Shown here one piece after another: positions 54,001-64,000 of a stretch of DNA of 64,000 bases. The translations under genes and the position numbers were made by a program. How positions within the stretch are numbered: position 1 is the stretch's first letter; each line of letters opens with the position of its first letter. The notes below the pieces were generated by a model. It was not told the origin of the DNA, made no database searches, and saw nothing but the letters and a program-made list of their open reading frames with translations. This stretch comes from Azolla caroliniana (taxonomy: Eukaryota; Plantae; Polypodiophyta), in assembly GCA_043228905.1 (NCBI GenBank), contig JBHGNT010000011.1, positions 13,640,001 through 13,704,000 of the forward strand, written 5' to 3'.

Positions 54001-57000
54001 TGGCTAATTGGACAATTTGGTGCTGCTATTAGACTGGTATTCTGGTGGATTCTTTAAATCCAGGTCTTTTATTTTCTGTTAAAACAGCATCCCCTTTTTC
54101 TTGGTTGCCATTGCTTTTCTTTAGTCACTTTTTATGTTCTCTTCAATTTATGGTTACAGTCTTGGTTTGTTACGAGGACATTATCACTGGAAACATGGTG
54201 AAGTGGCCTCTCAGTTTCAGATCCCTAGGGGATTCCAGAAACAGGAATAATCCATTTCAGGCAACATTCACGAGCAGAAAGAATTTCTGGCTGTTTGTCT
54301 TTTTATATAGTTTTTTATCAGCCCCTAAAACAGCGAGATAACTTATGGAACTAAAAAAGAGCATTACAAAGACTGTTCTCTGTTGGTGCAGAGGATGTAA
54401 CCACATGTGGCTCATGGATTATCTGAAGGTTCTCCAAATATATGTGCCTAAAACATGCGCCATTCTTAATTTCAAGATTGTGGCTATGAATGTGGAGGAG
54501 AGTAATAGTGCTTCCAGCTTTAAATGGCATGGAGTGAATAAGTTGCTTGTGCGTGTCCCATCATTTCCTTTTTGGTGACACTTTCGGTTTATGTGAGTGC
54601 AATGGTATTGCAATTGGCTATTCTTAGCCTCCTTTTACCATTTGACTGTGAGTGCCTCTACAAGCCATAATCCAATGCCATTGTGAGCACATCATTGGTG
54701 GGTAGCACAGGTAAATCTTTCCATATTCTATCTCTTAAACCACTGGCCTGTGTCACATGAGTAGCTGCGAGAAATGAAAGGAAATGCTATATTAATGTAG
54801 TCTAAAGGTCAAAATGGTCTCAAGAGTTTAGGAAGTTATTGCTAACCTCGGAACTTTACCCATTATATAGTCAGATGAAGATTGCTGCAACTCATGTGAA
54901 GAGGTGCGAGAAGCATATAGACGGAAAGGATGGGCAATAACAAATCCAGATGTGATAGATCAGGTATATTTCTCTTGATTTCTAGTGTCTGATTTTGTTT
55001 GTAGCATTGCCATTCTTTTATAATCATTCTTGTCGCACAACCTGTATTGCTAATAAAAAAAAGTATACAACATTCTTGCCTTCAATTATTTGCATGTATA
55101 TTCATGAATTAAAGGATGCATAATTCAACTAGGAGCTTTGATATTTCAAAGCTCAGGTAAGTATTTCAGGGTTGTTCACATGTGCAACTGAGCTTGCATG
55201 TATAACCCAGATTGGTTTGTTTCATCTTTAACAGTGTAAAAGAGAAGGATGGCTTCAGAAGATCAAAGATGAAGAGGGTGAGGGTTGTAATTTGTATGGT
55301 TCATTGGAGGTGAATAAAGTGGCTGGGAACTTCCATTTTGCTCCTGGGAAAAGTTTTCAGCAGTCCAATATGCATGTTCATGACCTTTTGGCATTTCAGA
55401 AAGAAAGCTTTAATGTAAGCACAAGGAAAGTTTTACATTCACTCAGTGAATTGCGCTTTTTTCTGATTTTTTGTGTTGGTTGACAAACTGAAAACTTCAA
55501 ATAATCAACTTGTGCATCATTTATTAATTTTCAATATTTGATATATTATCATATTCTTGTTTTTGTCCTCTTTATCCAGGTAACCCATAAAATTAACGAA
55601 CTCAGCTTTGGTCCTCACTTTCCTGGGGTCGTTAATCCTTTGGATGGGTAGGTCAGATTATTGTTATTTAAGTAGAACGTGTAGCTTTTTAAATGCACAT
55701 ATTTTTTGCACTTGTAGGTTTACCAACTTTTTATGAAATCATAAGTTCTATACGAGAGCTTGTTTAACATAGGAACTTGTGAAAGAATACCAAAGGATAC
55801 TGGATACTTACTGATAGGTACTCATCCTTTCAATGAAATGCAGGGCTCAAAGAATACAAATGACTCCTACTGGCATGTATCAGTACTTCATTAAGGTACC
55901 AAGACATAATTTTCAGAAATAATTAAAGAATGGAATATTAAATATTGTCAATGCCTATTATTAGTTCGGAAAAAGTCAGATATATGTATGGACGTGCAAT
56001 AATGAATTTCAAATTGTTGTACTCGTATCTGTATGATAGTAAATTGTCAAACTTTACATCAGTTGCAAAGGTCCATAATTGTGCTTTGTAAAATGTGAAT
56101 AATTAAGCTATAAGGATTCCTATCAGAAGCCCTTTTGCAGACCTTTATATGTAACCTTGGACCTTGATTTCTTTGCAATTCGTCCTGTTTATGATGAGCT
56201 GTTGCACAGATTCTCACAAAATTGTATATTGAATCCTGGCACACTTGTGTCTGGATGTTTTTGTTCTCATGTATATTGTATGAATAATCCTTATACTTTA
56301 TTTGTTTGTGGAATGATCTATTTTATGCAACTCACTAAAGTACCCTACAAAATCTGGTTTTGTAAAACAATATAGTTACTACCTATTCATATTACTACTT
56401 TTGCACTGTACAATGTCAAATTGTTATATTTTGTTTGATTGAGATGTAACACTTACTAGACTAGTTTTATGAAACAAAATGATTCTACCTGTTGTGTTTG
56501 TCATTTTCTGTAGAGTTATGAGAACTGTTTTTGTCATGTGGTACTTTTCCTGAATGAACTGTCATTTTATGTTGCTTTGTGAAAGATCAAAGTATAGGCA
56601 GATTGTTAAATATTTTTTCCTCTCTTTGGTTAGGTCGTTCCAACTGTATATAGAGATATACGGGGCAATAGAATTCAATCTAACCAGGTAAATTGAGGAT
56701 ATAAAGCCTGAGATCTATTACAGATGACTGAGACATGAGTATTTATGTTATTTTCTTTTGTGTCCTACAGTTCTCCGTAACAGAGCACTTCAGAGCAGTA
56801 GAATTTGGCACAAGTCGAGCTCTTCCTGGAGTTTTCTTTTTCTATGATCTATCTCCTATCAAGGTTAGTGTAAGGTTACCCACATGATCTTAGAGTGGAA
56901 GGAGATTATATCCAAGGTTTATGAAGGAAGGAGTTCAAAACTTCCACTAGTGCTATAAAGGTGAAGCGAGGCTGTCCACATAAGTCAGTATTTAGAAGGG

Positions 57001-57660
57001 CCTTCAAGTTTTTTATAGCAAAGTTTAAGAATCTAGGTAAAGGGGATTATTTATTAGAAAATTCATGGTGATCATTTAGAGTAAACAAGATTACATTTAG
57101 TAATTTCTCCTGTGGCATTTTTGCTGAAACATTACTGTCCTGAGAAAAGCAACAACACAATTAGATACATGTATGCATGTCTGTCAACTGTCTAGAAACA
57201 TATGGCAGACGAGACAGTAGTAGCTGTTTTGGTTTTGCCAGTACCTTCAATTATTCCTGTGCCCGTGGCACATTTAGGATTATTCACAAGCACTATACAT
57301 GCGTCATCGCTTGCCCCTCTAGCTGTGGCTTATACAGCGGAATGGGATGATCATCATCAGATGAATAGCTAGAAATTCATGAATGTTAATGCTCATATGT
57401 TCCCATTTGCAGGTGAACTTTGATCAGACAAAAACTTCCTTTCTTCATTTTCTGACTAATGTCTGTGCAATAGTTGGAGGTAAGGCTCTACATTTTGTTA
57501 TTTTCACCCATATAGTGGGAAGTGTTACGATATATTTCTGAACTCCATTATGTACTTCCGTATGGCAGGTGTTTTCACTGTCTCGGGGATTATTGATGCA
57601 TTTATCTACCACGGCCATAGAGCAATAAAAAAGAAGATGGAGATTGGTAAATTTAGTTGA
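47845..57660 (+). CDS. ERGIC3: ER-Golgi intermediate compartment protein 3 (Erv46/ERGIC3 family, COPII vesicle protein), 13 exons, 384 aa
   Basis: Exons 47845-47974, 49073-49146, 51656-51739, 51853-51939, 53823-53903, 54871-54963, 55235-55414, 55580-55647, 55844-55895, 56634-56687, 56771-56863, 57413-57479, 57569-57660. All introns are GT-AG with consistent phases (1155 nt). Motifs: [64 protein letters not shown]-terminal [10 protein letters not shown]. Confidence 0.95.
52674..53560. repeat. Degenerate tandem array (~7 units, 90-200 bp spacing) in ERGIC3 intron 4
   Basis: Core TCATTCATG(A)GAATCCA...TGGCCCAAAT..TGATTG at ~52728, 52864, 53060, 53152, 53242, 53376 and 53478. Confidence 0.85.
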
Positions 57661-58713
57661 GGCTTGAAGCATAGGAAAGTCGACATGCAGCGTGTGAAAT
57701 TCACATATGAAAACCAAGGGCTCATGTTAGCTGTGTACTGCAATGATGCACATGTTGAAAATTTGAGGTTCCAGCAAATTGTCCTTTGGTTGAAAAACCC
57801 TTGAAGGAACTCAATTTGCTCATCATTCTTGTCAGCTGATGCCAGTGTTGGTGTTGTATGTTAGAAAAGGCATAAATGGATCATATATGAACCTGCCCTG
57901 TCATATTGAGTGCAGGGAAAATCCAATTGTACCCAAATTTATCGATTTAACAAAATTTGATCATGTTGACATTGTGATGTCCACAGCTGGTTTACTTATG
58001 CAAGAATAAAGCCGAAAGTCATAACGTTAAGCAAAATGTTGTATTGTGGGTGGTTGATATAGTCAGGATGAAATGGAGTTCTTATAATTGATGATGCACA
58101 ACGTCAGAAGTGTCATATTTTGGGAGCACTATATTTTAGGAAAGAAATCCCATCATACCACCTCCCAAGGAGTCAACTAGATTCCTTTCTTTCTTTTCTT
58201 GAAAATTTCACAGCCTTGTCTTCTCCATTGCATGCTGTGTGTTGTTTTTAAGTATTTAACAACCTGGAAATTCCTTTTCATGCATCCAATCATTGGGAAA
58301 TTTGGGAGAGAAGGTTCCAAATTTATAGGCTAGGCCAAAATTTTGTCTTTGGAGGTGTAGTTTCCCATTATAAATATTTACAATTGCCAAGAAATACTAA
58401 TCTAGACAGTAGCTCCACAAGAAATTCCATTAATCAACAATAATCAATTGGGCACAACAAGTTTTTATCTTTAGTTCAAAACTACAGGCTTTACACCCGT
58501 CAAGGTAAGTCATTGGATCAACAAGTCTCCACAAATCATCAAATATAGTGGCAAAATACACAAATTCTTAGGTTTTGATCTAGGAAAGATTTATGAAGAT
58601 AGAGATGTCAAAATGATCATCCAACCGTTGGATTTGAAGAAGAGTGTTAGGAACAACATACTAAATTTTGGCGATGATGAGAGGTTGTTTGGTCATCAAT
58701 CGGTTACTGTTGC

Positions 58714-58754
<41 letters not shown>

Positions 58755-59169
58755 GCGTGAGGAGAGTTCTTCTACATGCCCCAAAGTAGAAAATGAGGGT
58801 GTGTTTTTTTTCAAAAAGAAGATACTTTCCCATTAGTTAGGAGAGATTATTACAGAAAGATGGCTTATACATAAATTGGGGAATCACCCTCCGATCGAGT
58901 TCAAGAATATGAGACTATGTACATACCCTTTCAATTGTTATATATATATGTATATGTATGTATGTATGTAGGGAAGAGGTCCAAATATTGATTTGGGTCT
59001 CCGTTACAAGATACACATCCACAAAGCATAGACCCAAATAAATAAATATTTGGACCTCTTGAGTCTTCCTCCGTATAGGTGGGAACAACCCAACATGACA
59101 TACAATAAGACTGCAAGTGTTTCATGCATTCTCTACAATGCATTTATCGATGTAATTTCTGATATGCAT

Positions 59170-59520
59170 TGCAGGTGGGAATGCTCAAGCAAGGCATCTC
59201 CAATACTAGCTTTGTCAATCTGGCAAGAAATGGCACTCATACGAACCAATCCTCTGCAGGAAAAGATAACGATAATGAGGTTGCATGAAGATGATGTTGA
59301 GGTCCTTGCAGACATGATATTTTTTTTCCATTCAAAGTGGGTAACAATATTGTCAACATTTGAAGCACTATGTCCTCAAAATTTATGGAAAAAAGTCCTG
59401 TTTTTCATTGGGCAGCATGGAATTTTTGCACCGAAATTCAGTTTGCATGAGTGGTCCTGGTATAACATCAGATTTCTGGAGCACACACTTGCATTATACT
59501 TCCCTTCTCCGACATTTAGA
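59170..59520 (+). pseudogene. Possible BTB/POZ-like gene fragment
   Basis: KASPILALSIWQEM...ITIMRLHEDDVEVLADMIFFFH loosely resembles BTB motifs (SPVF..MF, I.L.EDD..V...ML.F.Y). Weak and apparently frameshifted. Confidence 0.25.
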
Positions 59521-59524
59521 AGGA

Positions 59525-59932
59525 ATGGTGCTGCATAGCATGTTTGACCTCAATTCTTATCGGGAAGTGCTCAAGGCCCATCGAATAAAGATCCAGTGAG
59601 TTCTCAAAATAGTTTTTGGGGTAATCTGGTTCACAATAGAGAAAGTAGAGATGCACAAAATGGTGCTGCATAGCATGTTTGATTTCAATTCTCATCGAGA
59701 AGTGCTCAAGGCCCATCGAATAAAGATCCAATGAGTTCTCAAAATAGTTTTAGCAGTACCCTGGTTCACAATAAAGAAAAGTAGAGATGCGCAAAATGGT
59801 GCTGCATAGCATGTTTGACCTCAATTCTCATCGAGAAGTGCTCAAGGAGTATCGAAGAAAGATCCAATGAGTTCTCAAAGTAATTTTTGGAGTAATGTGG
59901 TTCACAACAAAGAAAATAGAGATGCACAAAAT
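59525..59932. repeat. Three-copy 135-136 bp tandem repeat
   Basis: ATGGTGCTGCATAGCATGTTTGA...AGAGATGCACAAA units start at ~59525, 59660 and 59796. Confidence 0.95.
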
Positions 59933-61244
59933 GTTTTGGTGGACGAAAATAAAATGAAGTTGTCAAGCCATTTTGTTCCTCCTGTATGAACCACCCATGA
60001 TGGCCTAGATAAAATGCACAGCATGAGAGCTATCCAGTAATGCTAAGACATCATTATGATCAGGTTATTCCACTAATTGTGTGTAAATATTTGTGGAAGT
60101 ATATGAAAATGATATGAAGATGAGCTCTCTCTCTTCTAGTTTTTTTACGGATCTTAATAATGCCGTGTCGACTTTTGGGAGGCCTATGAATGAATGTAAT
60201 TGGTTAAGGAACACTGCTCGCATATGGGATTCCCCTCACCAATATCCATCTGTCAGCTGGTCTCTCTCCACCCAGTAAACAATGATGGTTTCTAGTAAAC
60301 ATGTGTACACAAGGCTCTATAGTGCTGAATGGAGCACTATCTGGCCTTTGGTTGTATTACTTACAAGAAAAAATGTTAACACCAGTTAGTGATCAAGTGA
60401 CAAAAAAGCTCAAAAGCCAATTTGCACAAACCCCATTTGAATAGGTATTTAGTGACCAATTGGTAGAAAGTTAGAGTGCACCATTATTTTTGTCTTAAAT
60501 TTGAAGCTAAATGGTGAGGATCTTCAATCAATATCACGACCAAGTTAAATTCCATCGCGTCCACATAGAATTAAATTAGTTTGTCGACAGCGTTCTACAT
60601 TACATCCCGAGTTTTCCTAACTAACTAAGAAGAATGTCACTATGCATTTGAAAGTTGGATTCCATCAATTAAGTGTCTGAGCTTCAGCAATCTTTGCTGG
60701 CAATGGTCTCACAGTGTAGATTTGACAAGTAGTAACATGCATAGATGTCAAAGTTGTGACAATTTGAATATCATCGTTATTATTGATTTATTTCACTTCT
60801 TCATCTATTCTATTTCACTTTCATGGATGGAACTAGTGTTTACAATAGCCAAGGAATCTAAGGAAATAAGAATGTTGATCAATGTTGTCTTGAAATGGAT
60901 GGAAGTTCTCTAAAAGGATGAATATTTATCTTCTCAATTAAACAATGTAGCGCACTGATTTTCTCACCCCAAGTATCTAAAGCAGAACTTAGAAACATAG
61001 CGTCGCCAAGGAGCCAAACATTGTTTCTAAATATTGATATTAGCAAATCCACATTCGTGTACACTTATTGGGCACATTATTTCCAAGAAAAGCATGTCAA
61101 ATTTTCCCAAACAAGTTGTGAAGATGAATGGATGGGCCCTACCACACACTGATTTCTATACATAAATATAATTTAATACCATTGGTGATGACTACAGACA
61201 GAGTGTGCACCAAATGGTATGGAAAATTTGTCCATGTTCCAAGA

Positions 61245-61376
61245 ACAGAACAGAACAGAACAGAACAGAAGTGATCGTTTTCTGTTCTCTTCTAGACCAC
61301 TATGGCCTGCTTTGGTCTTGGTCTTGGTCTTGGTCTTGGTCTTGGTCTTGGTCCTCCTCTTCTTCTTCTTCTTCTT
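61245..61376. repeat. Microsatellites (CAGAA)n, (GGTCTT)6 and (CTT)6 upstream of the PPR ORF
   Basis: Directly visible. Confidence 0.9.
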
Positions 61377-61451
61377 CCTTCAGTCGGTCAGGTCAGACTG
61401 TCATATTCCTCCATTCGTTGACAGTGCATCAATAACTACCCGCAGTCTCTT

Positions 61452-63971
61452 ATGACTCCACCTTTCAATTCTGCACTTAAAAGAAGAAGACGTAACCCCC
61501 TGATTCCTTCAAAACCAACAGCATACCACAACCCAACCAAGCTCTGCCAGCAGGGTCGCCTCACCGAAGCCCTTCAAGCTGCCAACTCATTGTTTCAGAA
61601 AGGCTCTTCTGTCTCCAGGAAGGCTCTGTTTGATATCATTGAAGAATGTATAAGAAAGAAGGATCTGGCATCAGGCAATGAAGTGAAGTCTTTGATTGCA
61701 AAGAGGGGTTTTGAATGTGATGCATTCCTCGGCAGCCATTTGATTCGTATGTTTTCTTCGTTTGGAAACTTGGTTGAAGCTGATTTAATCTTCAGCAAGT
61801 TGTTGGATCCGAGCGTCTACACATGGAATGCTATCATATCAGCTCATGCCAGTCTCGGACAAAGCGAGCGAGCCATTGATCTATACAATAGCCTTGTGAA
61901 GTCAGACACCAGAGCAAACGAATATGTCTATGTGGCAGTGCTGAAAGCATGCACCAATATGTTGGCCGTCACACATGGTAACTTGCTTTTTTCTTGCATT
62001 ATGGAGGATGGGCTGGAATCAGATCTTTTCATTTGTAATTCGAGTATGGACATGTATGCTAAGTGTGGATGCCTCAAGGATGCACACAAGGTGTTTTGTG
62101 ATATGAATCAGCGGGATGGAGTGTCATGGAATTCGCTTATTACAGGTTATGCACAACATGCAAATGGTGAGGAGGCTGTCCGGCTTCTGCAGCAAATGCT
62201 CGTGGCTGGCCTGTGCCCTGATGATGTCACTTTTTCTAGTGTTATCAAAGCATGCGCTGTTATACATGATATATGTCTGGGTGAATTGGTCCATCAATGT
62301 ATCATAGAACATGGCCTTGCCGATAATGTCCATGTAGGTAATATACTTATTCACATGTATATGGCATGTGGGAATGTGGAAGATGCGAATAATGTTTTTC
62401 AGAAGCTAACAAATCCTGATGTTGTGACATGGAGTACTATGATGTCTGGTTATGCTCATCATGGACATGGTGACCTAGCTTTAACAACATTTGCATGGAT
62501 GCAAGGGGAAGGGTTGAAACCCAACAAGGTAACATATCCTAGCATTCTGAAAGCTTGTGCGATTATACCGGCCCTTGATCAAGGTAAATCAATCCATTCT
62601 CATATTATAGAGAATGATTTTGGGTCGGATGCTTACATTGTAAGTGCACTTATTGATATGTATGCAAAATGTGGAAGCTTGGATGATGCATCTAGAGTCT
62701 TTGATCAATTTTCACAGAGAAGTGAAGTGGCTTTGAATTCTATGATTTCTGCTTATGCTCAGCATGAGCATGGGCAAGAAGCCTTTCGACTTTTCCATCG
62801 GTTTGAGCAGCTGGGATTCAAGCCAGATAGAGTTACATTGCTTAATGTGGTAAAGGCTTGTTCTATCATCGTAGCACTGGAATGGGGAATGTTGCTTCAC
62901 GACCAAATAGTGAGATGTGGATACGTGGACGAGTTATCCATTTGTAATGCTCTTATTGACATGTATTCGAAATGTGGAAGCCTGGCTGATGCATGTACTG
63001 TCTTTGAGAAAATGCCTACCCGAGGTGTGATCACATGGAGTGCAATGCTTGCTGGCTATGCCTTGCACAATGAATATGATATTGTTCTTCAGTGCTTTGA
63101 AGAGATGCAGAATATAGGTCTGAAACCAAACCATGTAACGTTTCTTTCTCTTCTATCTGCATGTGGTCATAAGGGTCTCATTGATAAAGCATATGATTAC
63201 TTTTATTCGATGAAGGCTGGGTATGGTATTAAGCCTGCAACTGAGCACTATAATTGTATGATTGACCTTCTTGGTCGAGCAGGCCGGGTGGATGAAGCAG
63301 AGTATCTGCTTCTTACAATGCCGTATAGAAACAAGTTTTTATCATGGAAGTCGTTACTGAGTCACTCTAAAGTTTACAGGAACGTACAGCTTGGAAGACG
63401 ATGTTTTGATCATCTTATTGCCATTGATTCGGCGGATGCTTCTCTCTACGCACTCATGTCAGATATCTATGCTGATGCAAATATGTGGGAAGAAGTACGC
63501 CAGATTCAAGAGATGAAAATGAATGCATGTGCACGGAAAAGTCCAGCAAAAGCCTTTATTCCAGTTGAGAACATGGTGCATGACTTTATTGATGGAGACC
63601 GAAGGCACTCTGAAAGTGATAATATCTACACAAGACTTAAAGAAATAGACAACAAAATGAAAGAGCACAAAATAATCTCGCATTTACCACCTATATGGAA
63701 ATTGAATTCTGTTGATGAAGACAAAGAGGATGTGCTAGGGGGTCATTGTGAACTGCTTGCTATAGCATTTGGACTCATTACTACCCAAGCTGGCACAACT
63801 TTGCGAGTGGCCAAGAATCTGAAGGTGTGTACTGATTGTCACACTGCAATGAAGTTTATCTCCAAAATTGAAAAGCGAGATATAATGCTCATGGATAATT
63901 ATTGTGTCCATCATGTAAAAGATGGTATATGTTCCTGTAAGGATTTGCCTAACAAAGGAATGGGTTCTTGA
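61452..63971 (+). CDS. PLS-class pentatricopeptide repeat protein with E1/E2 and a DYW:KP-type deaminase domain (organellar RNA editing factor), 839 aa
   Basis: Uninterrupted ORF with about 18 P/L/S motifs (LIDMYAKCGS, VTF..LLSAC.H.G, HYNCMIDLLGRAG), E1/E2, then KSPAKAFI, HCE, CTDCH and HH..DGICSC. Confidence 0.95.
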   Translation: MTPPFNSALKRRRRNPLIPSKPTAYHNPTKLCQQGRLTEALQAANSLFQKGSSVSRKALFDIIEECIRKKDLASGNEVKSLIAKRGFECDAFLGSHLIRMFSSFGNLVEADLIFSKLLDPSVYTWNAIISAHASLGQSERAIDLYNSLVKSDTRANEYVYVAVLKACTNMLAVTHGNLLFSCIMEDGLESDLFICNSSMDMYAKCGCLKDAHKVFCDMNQRDGVSWNSLITGYAQHANGEEAVRLLQQMLVAGLCPDDVTFSSVIKACAVIHDICLGELVHQCIIEHGLADNVHVGNILIHMYMACGNVEDANNVFQKLTNPDVVTWSTMMSGYAHHGHGDLALTTFAWMQGEGLKPNKVTYPSILKACAIIPALDQGKSIHSHIIENDFGSDAYIVSALIDMYAKCGSLDDASRVFDQFSQRSEVALNSMISAYAQHEHGQEAFRLFHRFEQLGFKPDRVTLLNVVKACSIIVALEWGMLLHDQIVRCGYVDELSICNALIDMYSKCGSLADACTVFEKMPTRGVITWSAMLAGYALHNEYDIVLQCFEEMQNIGLKPNHVTFLSLLSACGHKGLIDKAYDYFYSMKAGYGIKPATEHYNCMIDLLGRAGRVDEAEYLLLTMPYRNKFLSWKSLLSHSKVYRNVQLGRRCFDHLIAIDSADASLYALMSDIYADANMWEEVRQIQEMKMNACARKSPAKAFIPVENMVHDFIDGDRRHSESDNIYTRLKEIDNKMKEHKIISHLPPIWKLNSVDEDKEDVLGGHCELLAIAFGLITTQAGTTLRVAKNLKVCTDCHTAMKFISKIEKRDIMLMDNYCVHHVKDGICSCKDLPNKGMGS

Positions 63972-64000
63972 GCTGAATGACTGTGCTTGCTGAAAGTGAT

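Overview
Eukaryotic nuclear DNA from a non-seed land plant, most likely a fern (inferred from a KP-type PPR-DYW gene and Tcn1-like chromoviruses). Three host genes lie on the + strand: a 7-exon ureide permease (CDS 14704-22151, 412 aa), a 13-exon ERGIC3/Erv46-family gene (CDS 47845-57660, 384 aa) and a PLS-class PPR protein with a DYW:KP-type deaminase domain (61452-63971, candidate U-to-C organellar RNA editor). Most of the rest is decayed retrotransposon. At 1-10.7 kb a Tcn1-like chromovirus (A) sits in another chromovirus (B). At 23.7-40.3 kb is a TSD-resolved nest: Copia C > Copia D > Tcn1-like gypsy F > solo LTR G, itself inserted into a pseudogenic partial duplicate of the UPS gene. A 5'-truncated L1-type LINE lies at 41.9-45.7 kb. 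Notable signals read from the sequence: a covarying self-priming PBS and a -1 frameshift cassette in A/F, a fold-back hairpin at the U3 terminus of nearly every LTR family present, tRNA-like A/B boxes in the A/F LTR, and a 290-bp LTR/MITE-like hairpin element in a UPS intron. All calls come from manual reading; no searches or alignments were run.
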